From Octopus sinensis (lineage: Eukaryota): a stretch of DNA of 64,000 nt. Below the pieces are notes generated by a model. The model searched no databases and was not told the origin of the DNA. It saw only the letters and a list, made by a program, of their open reading frames with translations. A program made the position numbers and the translations under genes. The stretch spans positions 12,338,001 through 12,402,000 of the forward strand of contig NC_043004.1 of the NCBI RefSeq assembly GCF_006345805.1. Reading direction: 5' to 3'. This document shows, one piece after another, positions 51,817 through 62,755 of the stretch (the first letter of the stretch is position 1; each line of letters starts with the position of its first letter).

Positions 51817-53128
51817 TCAGGTCATCCCATAAGTTCTGTCCGATTTTACCTTTCTTAAAACTGAATGAAATTTAATAGTATTTTAGAATGTCTAATGGAA
51901 TTAAAAATTATTTTTATGCATTTGTGTACACTTTAATTAATTAAACATTATTTTACAGAATAACAGAATGAAAATTTCTTTGATTAAAACCCTTTCTAAC
52001 ATGGAAGTATCCAAAGAGTATTTGTGGGACATAATGCTTTATGTGTACAAATAAGGAAACTCTTGCAGCCGAAGCGACTCGAAACATACACTCAGTTTAT
52101 GGGAAAGAATGCTTGAATAAAAGAACTTGCAGACGATGGTTGGCAAAATTCAGAGGTGGAGATTTCAGCCTTGAAGATGAAGATCGAACAGGACGTTCAG
52201 TTGAATTTGATGATAAGCTCCTTGAGGTATTACTTGAAGAAAATCCTGCATTATCAGTTGAAGGATTGGTAATAAAGCTTAGTGCAAACCATACAACTGT
52301 TCATCGTCATTTTCAACAACTTGGAAAGGTTCCTAAACTTGGAAAATGGGTGCCACATGAATTGTCCGAAAGCAAATGCAAATCCCCAGTTGACATCTAC
52401 TCTTCTCTCCATTCTCGCGAACTCATTTCACCCTTTTTGGATAGACTTGTGTCTGGTGCCGAAAAATGAATTTTGTAAATGTGGTAAACAGTTAAATGTC
52501 GTAAACAGTGGCTTGGTAAAAGGGAAAAAACTCAATCACACCGAGAAGGGAACTTCATGGAAAAAAGGTTCTTCTTTCTATCTGGCGGGATTGCGAAGGA
52601 GTAATTCACTTGGAATTGTTACCACCTAATGCAACGATCAATGCTCAAGTCTACTGTCAGCAATTATAGCGTTTGAACCAAGCTTTGAAGTTTTCTTCAA
52701 AGCTTGGTTCAAAAGACCTGCTTTAGTGAATCGAAAACAAGGGATGTTTCATCAGAACAATGCGTGACCCCACACTGCAAAGATCACATCACAGAAGATT
52801 GAAGAGCTTGGTTGGGAAAAAAATTCCTCATCCACCTTATTCCCCCGACCTTGCTCCTTCTGACTACCATTTGTTTCGTAGTTTACAGAATCATTTGGGG
52901 GACATAATTTTTGCAAGCCAGGTGGAGGTCGAAACTGACATTTCAGAGTTCTTCGCTTTGAAACCAAAAGAGTTTTACATTGATGGGATTTAGATGCTTG
53001 TAAATAGATGGAAGGAAGTCAAAGATAAGCAGAGAAAGTTCAATGATGACTAAATTTCAATTAAATATAACATTTGATCAGTTGTTTTCTTTATTCAAAA
53101 TTCAGACAGAACTAATGACATGACCTGA
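51817..53128 (+). mobile_element. Full-length mariner (Tc1/mariner) DNA transposon, inactivated
   Basis: 1312 bp; ~32-bp imperfect TIRs TCAGGTCAT..CAT(A/T)AGTTCTGTC; TA TSDs at 51815-16 and 53129-30. Frameshifted transposase ~52001-53053 with WVPHEL and HPPYSPDLAPSDYHLF. Confidence 0.95.
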
Positions 53129-53225
53129 TATATATTAATATACAGTAACACAATTTATTATTAATAACATTAATAATATAACAATAATATTCATATTATT
53201 AATAACAATTTGATGGTTAGTCAGA

Positions 53226-53256
<31 letters not shown>

Positions 53257-53348
53257 TATTATTATTACTATTATTATTATGATTATTATTATCATTATTA
53301 CTACTACTACTATTATTGTTGTTGTTGTTGTTGTTGTTATTATTACTA

Positions 53349-53383
<35 letters not shown>

Positions 53384-53387
53384 TATT

Positions 53388-53752
53388 ACTTTTGCACAGT
53401 TTCTAACGCTGGAAATGTAGTACGGTGCCAGCTGTTCACTACCAGTGAACAAAGGTAACACTCCTTATTTTTCGAGCACCATCTGAAGTATTCGAGCTGT
53501 TCCAAGCAGTGCTGTTTACTGAAAATGCTCCACCCTTATTGTTCCATGTACTTCTTAAGATTTTTACTCGCTGGTCCGAGGGCTCCGACAATTATTGGCA
53601 CTACTACCATCTTTTTCATAGACCACAACTGCTTAACCTCCTAAGCTAACCTGTCATATCTATCGACGTTTCTTACTTCCTTATCGCATACCTTGTTGTC
53701 AGCAGGTCATGCAATATCTATGATTCAGTATCGTTTGCTTTCTTTCTCAATT
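53388..53752 (-). mobile_element. R4/Dong-like RLE 3' fragment, subfamily A
   Basis: Homologous to the 37.4-37.8 kb segment; (TTA)n flanks. Confidence 0.85.
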
Positions 53753-53753
53753 A

Positions 53754-53798
<45 letters not shown>

Positions 53799-53809
53799 GT
53801 TATTATTAT

Positions 53810-54278
53810 ATGTTTGACTTTTGCTTTACATTTGTACAAGTTGGCTCCAAGTCTCACCCCGAGACCTCAAGAGACAACAAGTTGGAAGTTCATGTTGGTG
53901 TTATGCCTAGGGTGCCATATATTTGGTTTTGTACTTAGTGTTGTACTAGTGAATACCTAAAAAACCATACGAAAATTATGTTTGTTTTAAAACTTGAGAT
54001 TACATAGAAAGCATATTGCGTAGGATATAAGCAGTTCCCATGAGCACTATCTTTTGAATTTCTGCCATTTTTGGGCTTCCTGGTATCTGAGCTATGTAGC
54101 AATCAGCCCCTTTTGCTATCATTCCCAGGGCACTTATGACAACAGGTATTGTTTTAGTCTTCAGGTTCCACATTTTACTAATTTATATTTCAAGATCTTT
54201 ATATTTGCTCAGTTTTTGGTAGGTCTTGACAGATACGTTTATATCTATTGGGACAGTCATATCAATGAGGAGGCATGA
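53810..54278 (-). mobile_element. R4/Dong-like RLE 3' fragment, subfamily B
   Basis: Homologous to 36590-37080; (TTA)n flanks. Confidence 0.85.
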
Positions 54279-54292
54279 TTTTATTATTATTA

Positions 54293-54328
<36 letters not shown>

Positions 54329-54339
54329 AAAGCAATTTC

Positions 54340-54735
54340 ATAGTAATTTAGTCGAGAGAAATTTTTCTCCGGAGGTACTGTGACAACAAGTCTCTTCAAA
54401 TCTCAAGAACCTTTCATAGGATTCTGTCGGACGCTTTTCTGCAAGTTGACAGCTACACGTTTCACTACTGATATTTTTCAGCTTTTTAGGTAGCAGTTTC
54501 AGTGTTGTGTTATGTGCACTAATTATCTCAGGAACAATTTTCGTTTTTGCATAACACAATCTCTTCATCTCTTGATTGGCAAGCTTCTGATAATTCTCAG
54601 CTACTTCAATTTCTTTTTCATCCGCTCTTCAATCATATGGTATGGCAAACTCATCGATATTATACATATTTTTTTTTTGTCATCAGTGATCATGCTCGGT
54701 ATTTTCGTTTCAATAGCATGCTCCCTCCTTATGAA
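54340..54735 (-). pseudogene. Old RLE LINE endonuclease fragment
   Basis: IDEFAIPYD.RADEKEIE...YQKL..EMKRL...KIVPEIISA. Confidence 0.55.
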
Positions 54736-54744
54736 GAAATTTTA

Positions 54745-55019
54745 TGGCTGTGTGGTAAGTAGCTTGCTTACCAACCACATTGTTCCAGGTTCAGTCCCAC
54801 TGCGTGGCACCTTGAGCAAGTGTCTTCTTCTATAGCCTCGGGCCGACCAAAGCCTTGTCAGTGGATTTGGTAGATGGAAACTGAAAGAAGCCCGTCGTAT
54901 ACATATATATGTACGTATTGGTGTATATGTTTGCGTGTCTATGTTTGTACCCCCAACATCGCTTGACAACTGATGGTGGTGTGTTAACAGTGTCCTTCGA
55001 TGGATTTTAATCGTTCGGC

Positions 55020-55056
<37 letters not shown>

Positions 55057-55212
55057 ATGTATAGGTGCAGGCATGGCTGTGTGGTAGAAAGCTTACTTCT
55101 CAACTACATGGTTTCGCGTTCAGTTCCATTGCATGGCACCCTGGGCAAGTGCCTTCTACTATAGCGTCGGACCGACCAAAGCCTCGTAGAGAGAAACTGA
55201 AAGAAGCTCATC

Positions 55213-55274
<62 letters not shown>

Positions 55275-55395
55275 AGCTTAGAAATAAAATGATACGCTCT
55301 GGGGCCGATTTGTTTGACTATAACCTTTCAAGGCGGTGCCTCCAGCATGGTCGCGGTGCCTCCAGCATGGCTGCGGTCAAATGACTGAAACAAAT
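54745..55395 (+). mobile_element. Two SINE family 1 copies
   Basis: Heads at ~54745 and ~55064. Confidence 0.8.
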
Positions 55396-55419
55396 AATCG
55401 ATCAAAGACAAAATATATA

Positions 55420-55604
55420 TATTTCTTTGCTGCCCACAGTTGACTAAACATAGAGGGCGCAAACAAGGACAGACAAAGGGATTAAGTCGATTAGATCGAT
55501 CCCCAGGGCGTAGTTGGTACTTAATTTATCGACCCTGAAATGATGAAAGGCAAAGTCGTCCTCAGCGGAATTTGAACTCACAACGTAAAGACAGACGAAA
55601 TACC
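55420..55604 (-). mobile_element. 3' part of the SINE family 2 (tail Y) copy split by the Tx1-like LINE
   Basis: Starts (minus strand) at GGTATTTCGTCTG. The head lies at 60958-61021. Outer TSD AAAGACAAAA at 55404-55413 and 61024-61033. Confidence 0.85.
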
Positions 55605-55854
55605 AATTTCTTTATTGCCCACCGGGGGCCAAACATAGATATGGACAGTACAACTGATGGGATCAGTGAATCGATATGATTTTACATAAATGTGACATCA
55701 AAAATAAAATACAATACATAAAAATCGAATGGAATACACAGTACAAAAACAATACAAATGAAGCGATGATCAAGTTACGCTCCGATCCCACAAGCCCCGA
55801 TCTACCGCTGGTACCTTTTTATTTTTCCTTTTTTTTTTTTTTTTCCTCGTCTAT

Positions 55855-58800
55855 TCACACGGTTCCTTGCACGCACAACACTCGTGCAACATACTTCCAT
55901 CTCTTTTGGAACGTACACTCTGACAGACACCTCTTCTCCAGCCACAGTTTCCTTTTCAAATGAAAAGAAAAAAAGGATCGTAAATTGTCACCAGAGATAA
56001 AGTTGCCTGTCTTAATTCCTTTTATCCTAGTATTCCATACAGCCTCTTTTGCTATTGCTACAACCGTGAGAAAACAATTCTTACCTTCGTTCGTTAGAAC
56101 TCCCGGTGGGTCAATTTTTATAATTGACTCAGTCGACAGCCGTACTCTTCCTTCGCCGGACAACAGATGTTCAGCATAAGCCCACATTTCAGTTATCTCC
56201 GGACACTGAACAATAGCGTGAGGGACGGTTTCCCTGTCCCCACCGCATCTTGGACAGGTCGGCGACTGACGTTTACCATGTCTTGCGAGCTTATCCCAAA
56301 CGGGCAAGGCACCTCTGTAGCATTGCCAGGTTAAGGACTTTTGGAAGTTGTCCAACGTTCTCAACCCGAATGTACGATGAAACAAGCTGTCCAGTTGAAT
56401 AAATCCGAGACCTAGAGTCGACCCCAGGCCATCGTCGCATTCAGACTCTACCAACCCACTATATAAAATCCGTGTGGAACCCCCACCGCTGGCGTTGCCC
56501 GAGCGCCGGAACAGCAAGAGGGCCTTACGGCACTCTTTATGCCACTCACTCGACCTCGGTCTACGAGAACACCAGGCTTCCTGTTCGCAAAAACTCTTGA
56601 ACTCAGGGAACATTTGTCTGGCCAGCGGAGACCACACCCGTTCACTATCCAGGAGAATCCAGAGGTGCCTCAACCTCAACGCATGTCTGCGCATCATTAA
56701 CCAAGGCATCCCTAAACCTCCATTTAAAGGCTTTTGACAGCAGACAGAGCGTTTCACAAGTGGCGACCTGCCCTTCCACAAAAAGCGAAAGAGCTGTCTC
56801 TCCAACCTGATCAACCACGAATCCGGACAGGGCACGACAGTCAGGCGGTAGGTAATGACCGATGCGATAAACACATTGGCCACTTCCGCCCTCCCTTTCA
56901 GGGATAGCCACCGCCAAGACCAAGTCTTGACTACTGCAGCCACCCTGCTCAATACCTCCGTCCAGTTCTTCTCTATCTGGAGGCCTGGTCCAAACCAGAC
57001 TCCCAGCAACTTAACCGGTCCCTCCGTCCAGCGCCTAACAACACTGTCTGAAGGCATCGACTTGCCAACCCAGGTGCCGAGCTGCAAGCCGACCGACTTT
57101 TCCCGGTTAATCTTTGCTCCTGCTACCTCCTCGTAAGCCTCAATAGTCTTACCTACTTCACGTAGGCGTACCACTGTGGTTACACTGATAGTGATATCAT
57201 CCGCGAAAGCCGTAACAAACTCCTCTAGTCCTGGTTCTCTCGGGATGCCACTCAACCTTTGCAGTAATGGCTCGAGAGCCATCACATACAAAAGTGGTGA
57301 AAGCGGACATCCTTGACGAACCGAGCGTCTGATGCAGAACGGCTTCGAAAGGAAACCGTTCACCCGAACTATCGAGTCAATGTTGTGGTACAAAGCGATA
57401 AACCACCTGAGGAAGCCAAGGCCCAGGCCAAACCGCGCAAGTACAGTCGCTAGGTATCGATGGTCAACCCTATCAAAAGCTTTAGACTGGTCCAAATGCA
57501 CCAATGCCCCACCTTTGCCAGATTTATTACCAAACCTCTCTATGGTATAGCGAATAAGATGGAGGGTATCCTGAATGGTTCTGCCTGGGATGGCACATGT
57601 CTGTGCCTCCCCGACTATACCATTCGCGACACGCGCCAACCTTTTTGCTAGAACCTTGGCCAAAATCTTCACTTCTGCGTTTAACAGAGTGATGGGCCTG
57701 AAATTCTCTAGAACGTCCCCCTTGTCCGGGTCCTTTCTGACCAACGTCACTACTCCCCGGCGCACAGATCTGGGGATAAACCCATTCTGTTTCCAGTTCG
57801 CGTACACGTCAGTCAGTAGTTGCCCGAACAAGTCTGGCATACATTTATACAGCTCGTACGGAAGACCATCAAGTCCCGGTGACTTACCCGCTTTACAATC
57901 GGCCAAAGCCTCCATCACCTCCTCAAGTGTGATTGGCCCTTCGCAAGACTCTGCATCCGACCCCGAGAGGCACGGCAGCCCGGTAAGAAAGTCCTCGAGG
58001 GCCCTCCCACCACCAGGACCGCCGTCACCCCCGAACAGCTGGGCGAAGTACTCCCGAAAGACCTCACACATTTTCTCGGGTTCGTTTATCAAGACACCAT
58101 TTTGATTCGTCAAAGACCGAATAGAGGAACTATTTCCTTGCCGAGCTTCCACCACTCGGGCCCATCCAGCGGCTTTGATTCCTTCACTTCCCATTGCACG
58201 TAACTTAGCTCTGGTAATACTTCCCATGTGGTGGGCTTCAAGATGCTGGTTTAACTCCAGTCTTTTCACCCTCGCTTGGTCTGTATTACCAGTCCTCCAG
58301 GCTTCTTCTAGTTCCTTAACTAGACCATCTCCTATTTTACGTCCCTTCTTAGCTAAACTTATGCTAAACCTAATAGACTCATATTTGATGGCTCTTTTTA
58401 GGGCGTACCACCATTTGTTATTAATGATGGTACCTGTTAATGCCCTCTGTATTAACATCTTGATCCGCTTTCTGTACTCCTCAATCGCCAAAAGGGACGT
58501 ATTGAATTTCCAGTAGCCAGATCCCTGTCTATGCAACTTATCTACCGTCAGTTTACAGGTAACCATCTTGTGGTCACTGTAGCTGACTAGAAAAAACTGT
58601 GGACACTCAACTATGGACTTATCTTTTTCTCTAATTAAAATCCTATCTAGATATGTTCTGGTAGACCCGTCACTATTTGACCACGTCCACTGTGGAGTGT
58701 TCGGGTGCTCCAACCTATATGGATCTGCTAGCTGAAATTGACTTAGCAGATCCCGAAAGCCTGTGTTACATTTTCTGTTCATGTTCGAGTTTGAGCCAAC

Positions 58801-59256
58801 ACAATCTGTGTGTGCTGCACATATTGTATTAGAGTCTCCTAACACTACTAGTGAATGCGACGTGGCTAGGAACTTTCCTAGGCCACGAAAATATTCAGTT
58901 TGCGGGCCAATAATGTTTGGTGCATAAATAGCGACCAGCCTGATTGTCTTGCCACAACTGAATGTCAAGTCGAGAACGACCAGCCTGCCTTCTGGGTCAG
59001 AAAAAACCAACTTTTTCTCGGCTACCCGGTTTCTTTTTAGTAGGACCAACACCCCACCCCCACCTCCCGCCCGACTCGGAGAAACGTATTTCTCGTAGCC
59101 GTTCAGGAGGGGGAGCAGATCTCTTGGCCCCTTCACCCGGGTTTCCGTTGCAACAATTACATCCAAATTTCTCGACCTGATGTCATTCAGAAAGCGTCCT
59201 TGCTTCCAGCTTGACAACAGGCCATGAACATTTAAACAACCAATGTGAATAGCCAT
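55855..59256 (-). CDS. LINE ORF2: APE endonuclease + reverse transcriptase + C-terminal zinc finger
   Basis: Uninterrupted ORF. EN motifs LNVHGL, ETR, GDSN, YLDRI, SDH; RT motifs FRPITLLN, LDQSKAFDRVDH, RQGCPLSP, FADD, KLLG; CPRC...ETVPHAIVQC. Confidence 0.96.
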   Translation of the reverse strand: MAIHIGCLNVHGLLSSWKQGRFLNDIRSRNLDVIVATETRVKGPRDLLPLLNGYEKYVSPSRAGGGGGVLVLLKRNRVAEKKLVFSDPEGRLVVLDLTFSCGKTIRLVAIYAPNIIGPQTEYFRGLGKFLATSHSLVVLGDSNTICAAHTDCVGSNSNMNRKCNTGFRDLLSQFQLADPYRLEHPNTPQWTWSNSDGSTRTYLDRILIREKDKSIVECPQFFLVSYSDHKMVTCKLTVDKLHRQGSGYWKFNTSLLAIEEYRKRIKMLIQRALTGTIINNKWWYALKRAIKYESIRFSISLAKKGRKIGDGLVKELEEAWRTGNTDQARVKRLELNQHLEAHHMGSITRAKLRAMGSEGIKAAGWARVVEARQGNSSSIRSLTNQNGVLINEPEKMCEVFREYFAQLFGGDGGPGGGRALEDFLTGLPCLSGSDAESCEGPITLEEVMEALADCKAGKSPGLDGLPYELYKCMPDLFGQLLTDVYANWKQNGFIPRSVRRGVVTLVRKDPDKGDVLENFRPITLLNAEVKILAKVLAKRLARVANGIVGEAQTCAIPGRTIQDTLHLIRYTIERFGNKSGKGGALVHLDQSKAFDRVDHRYLATVLARFGLGLGFLRWFIALYHNIDSIVRVNGFLSKPFCIRRSVRQGCPLSPLLYVMALEPLLQRLSGIPREPGLEEFVTAFADDITISVTTVVRLREVGKTIEAYEEVAGAKINREKSVGLQLGTWVGKSMPSDSVVRRWTEGPVKLLGVWFGPGLQIEKNWTEVLSRVAAVVKTWSWRWLSLKGRAEVANVFIASVITYRLTVVPCPDSWLIRLERQLFRFLWKGRSPLVKRSVCCQKPLNGGLGMPWLMMRRHALRLRHLWILLDSERVWSPLARQMFPEFKSFCEQEAWCSRRPRSSEWHKECRKALLLFRRSGNASGGGSTRILYSGLVESECDDGLGSTLGLGFIQLDSLFHRTFGLRTLDNFQKSLTWQCYRGALPVWDKLARHGKRQSPTCPRCGGDRETVPHAIVQCPEITEMWAYAEHLLSGEGRVRLSTESIIKIDPPGVLTNEGKNCFLTVVAIAKEAVWNTRIKGIKTGNFISGDNLRSFFSFHLKRKLWLEKRCLSECTFQKRWKYVARVLCVQGTV

Positions 59257-59365
59257 CACTTACCTGTTTAATTAGGATTGTCCGGTGGAGGGGGACCCTC
59301 CACCTTTTTTTTATCCAGGGTCGGAGGTGGACGGTCTTGGGAAATAGATTTGTCAAAATCCCGTC

Positions 59366-60793
59366 TCACCACCGACACAGAATTATCAGGTGGAGGGGGA
59401 ATCTCCACCTTTTCTTTTCTCGCGGGATCGGAGCTGGTAATCCATGAAATATCGACTTGTTAAAATCTAATCTCAATGAAGATACAGTCTTTCTGTACTT
59501 ATTTTGTAGAATTCTATAAATCTTATTTGAGACTTCATATATGTCGTAATTGATAAATTCCTCTGAAAGGTTATCAATTTTTTTACAGTCTTTATGAGTT
59601 GAATGTCTCTCATGAGCTCAGTATCTTTAGTGTATACGGCTATTATGCCTTTTTCTTCTTTTTCTCTTCTGGCAGTCTTTTTTGGTCGTTGTTCTGTAGT
59701 AGTCGCCGCTCTCGGCTGGGTTGCTGGTTGTATTTTTCTTTTGTTTGTTGTTTTTTTCTCATCTGTTTCTTCTTTATCTTCTTCCTCTTTGTCTTTTTCT
59801 CCTCTTCCTCCTCTTCTTCATTTTCCTTGCAGTTCCTTCGAATGTGGCCTAATTGACCACATAAAAAACATCGAGGTTTTCGGCCCTCAACAAACACCAC
59901 GAGGTTCTCCTCCCCTACCTCAATTGTCTCAGGAATTGTTTGAATTATTTTAGGGTCCGCTTGAATGAGAAGATTAATTGTTTTACCATCCCAGCGTGGG
60001 TTTTCCGTAGCGGTAGCCTGGAGGAGAGTAATTTTTTCTACCTCTTTGATTAGGACTGCCGCCAACAACCACATAGGTTCGACCTCTGGCGGGACCCTTG
60101 TAATTTTTATTCGCGACGTCCTCATCCCCATATAATAGGGTATTAACTCCACGTCGTTCGTTTTCAACGTTTCCACTGAGTTCTTGTGTGCTATTCTTTA
60201 TTGGTGAACCTTACTTCCACCGTTCCGAATTTTTTTCCTCTTCTCAGAAATACTACGTCGCCCAATATTGGCTTTAAGCACTTTTCTATTTTCTCTTCTG
60301 ACATTCTTTCAATTTTTCTATTTTGTAGACAATATGTTTTGAAAATTATTGTTTTTTGCTTTTCTTCCTGTAATAACTTTTGCGGAGGTTCAATTTTCAC
60401 ACTGTTGTCATTTATTTCCATCATTTTGCTGTATTTCATAATTTCGCTTTTATTCGTCGACAGTATCTGGGTTCCACCCCCAGCAGCCAACGCAAAACTT
60501 TTTTTTCCATTTTTTGGTTCTATCTGGATGCTAGGCACATCAATTATTCTCTTCGACACAATGCCTTTGTTCTCTGGCAAAGTCGGAAACTCTTCTGGTG
60601 AAAGTTCTGACGAGCTCTCAGACACATCTCCAAAAATATCAAATATATTATCCTCTCTGCTATTCCTTCTTGTAGCGGGGGAAACCCCTATTTCCTTGTC
60701 TGTAGTTGGCTCCTCGCCGGACATGTATTTCCTCCTCTCAACAGGAGAAACAAGTATTTCTGCTCCAACGGTAGGCTCCATGCTAGACGACAT
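59366..60793 (-). CDS. LINE ORF1 (CCHC zinc knuckle), broken by three 1-bp frameshifts
   Basis: Segments 60820-60191 and 60176-59643 plus downstream pieces; CFLCGQLGHIRRNC. Adding one A in each of three A-runs restores a continuous frame. Confidence 0.75.
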
Positions 60794-60957
60794 TCTTCCC
60801 CCCAAAGGGGGAATGAACAACGCGTGCTACCACAAGCACTAAGTGTTTTCAATTGAAAACTCCAACAGTTAAGTTATTCAACAGTTTAACAAGAAACAAC
60901 AGTTGTTAACAATATTAACACCACGAAACAGCAATTCTTACTTCACGAACACATGTG

Positions 60958-61021
60958 CGGCAGACTAAATACCGCTAAGCATTTCGCCCGGCGTACTAAC
61001 GATTCTGCCAGCTCGCCGCCC
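60958..61021 (-). mobile_element. Head of the split SINE family 2 copy
   Basis: GGCGGCGAGCTGGCAGAATCGTTAGTACGCCGGGCGAAATGCTTAGCGGTATTTAGTCTG. Confidence 0.88.
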
Positions 61022-61549
61022 TAAAAGACAAAAGATAGTGAAATGATTCGAAACACACAGACACACACACTCACACACAGACACACACAGACACACGCAC
61101 ACACACACACACGTACGCATACACACAAACAATAATTTTCTATTCGAAATCATAGAGTTTTCCCCACTGTCTCCAACGAATGCATGGTGTATTTTTTAAA
61201 GTTACGGAAGATCCAACTTTTTTCTTCGTTTCTTTTAACTGTTTTTGAAGTTGATTTAATATCTTAATTTATATGTCCAGAAAAATTAACTTTCTTGACT
61301 TCTGAAAGTCTATTATTCAATTTCAAAAATATTTAACTAAATATTAGAAGCAAAACTTCAAAAACAAAACAGAAGTTAATTATGTCTTAAGCGCTATATT
61401 AAAATGTGATCTACCGCAGTATTGAAGAAATGAAATCAAATTAAATTGGAAAACTGAACAGAGACGGCAAAATAGCCTTTTCGTATGCGTAAAGTATGTG
61501 TGTATATACATGTGTATACATGTATGGTATGTATACACAAACACACGCA

Positions 61550-61808
61550 TTTTTCTACACACACACATAATATATATATATACATATATACATATATACA
61601 TATATGATTATATAAATATATATACATATATATATGCTTCTATGTATCATATGTAAATATATGCATATATGCATGTATATATGCACGCATATATTTATAC
61701 ATACATAGATACATGTATATACATTGATGTATACATAAACACGTACACACATACATATTCACATATATATGCCTACATACCATACATACATACATATACA
61801 TACATACA

Positions 61809-61873
<65 letters not shown>

Positions 61874-61875
61874 AC

Positions 61876-61955
<80 letters not shown>

Positions 61956-61990
61956 ATATATATACATATATATATGCATACATACATGTG
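61550..61990. repeat. (TA)n/(TACA)n microsatellite block
   Basis: Visible directly in the sequence. Confidence 0.9.
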
Positions 61991-62454
61991 GCAGGCGTCT
62001 CCCAGGCTGCAAAGTAGCTATAAATTGTTCTTAATGAGGAATTGTTCCTAATGAAAGCATATTCGGTTTTAATAGAATACTATTTGATTCGGCTTGAAAA
62101 GTAATCTTTCATGTAAGAAATTAAATTGTTAACTAATACGTTTACAGCAGTTCGATCTTTAATGCACTGTGCTGCAGATACACACTCAATATTAACTACA
62201 TATTTAGTAATTTAATTTTGTAAATGGCATATATCTAATTCAAACAAATTAAGTAAGAATATATGATTAAGCTGATGTGAAAATAGCTTTATTTCATTTG
62301 AAACTATTAGTGAGCCTACCATAATATCTTTTATTCTTTGTGTTCTTTAATTCTTAAAAATAGTTCTAAAAATGAGTAGAAATCGTAGTGTTGGTAAATG
62401 AACCGTTCGTGGAAATAAAATCGAAGTGCCAAGATGGAGTCCATACAATCAAAT

Positions 62455-62755
62455 ATTCTTTTCTACTCTAGGCACAAGGCCTGAAATATTTGGAGAGGGG
62501 GGGCATTCGATTAGATTGACCCCCAGTACGCAACTGGTTCTTAATTTATCGAGCTCAAAAGGATGAAAGGCAAAGTCAACCACGGCGGAATTTGAACTTA
62601 GAACGTAAAGACAGACGAAATACCTATTTCTTTACTACCCACAAGAGAGGACAGGCAAGGACAGACAAACGGATTAAGTCGATTATATCGACCCCAGTGC
62701 GTAACTGGTACTTAATTAATCGACTCTGAAAGGATGAGAGGCAAAGTCGACCTCG
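62455..62755 (-). mobile_element. SINE family 2 dimer: body/tail-Y + body/tail-X
   Basis: Junction AAAGAAATA|GGTATTTCGTCTG at 62624/62625. Confidence 0.88.

Larger units (their letters stand above)
55605..60957 (-). mobile_element. Full-length L1/Tx1-clade LINE (~5.35 kb)
   Basis: 5' UTR, ORF1, ORF2 and 3' UTR ending GTGGGCAATAAAGAAATT. Flanked by a 13-bp duplication GGTATTT(C/A)GTCTG. Confidence 0.92.

Noticed and set aside
59281-59420. Hairpin plus T-run on the + strand as an intrinsic terminator
   Set aside because: This is a eukaryotic LINE context; the structure is considered on the minus (sense) strand instead.
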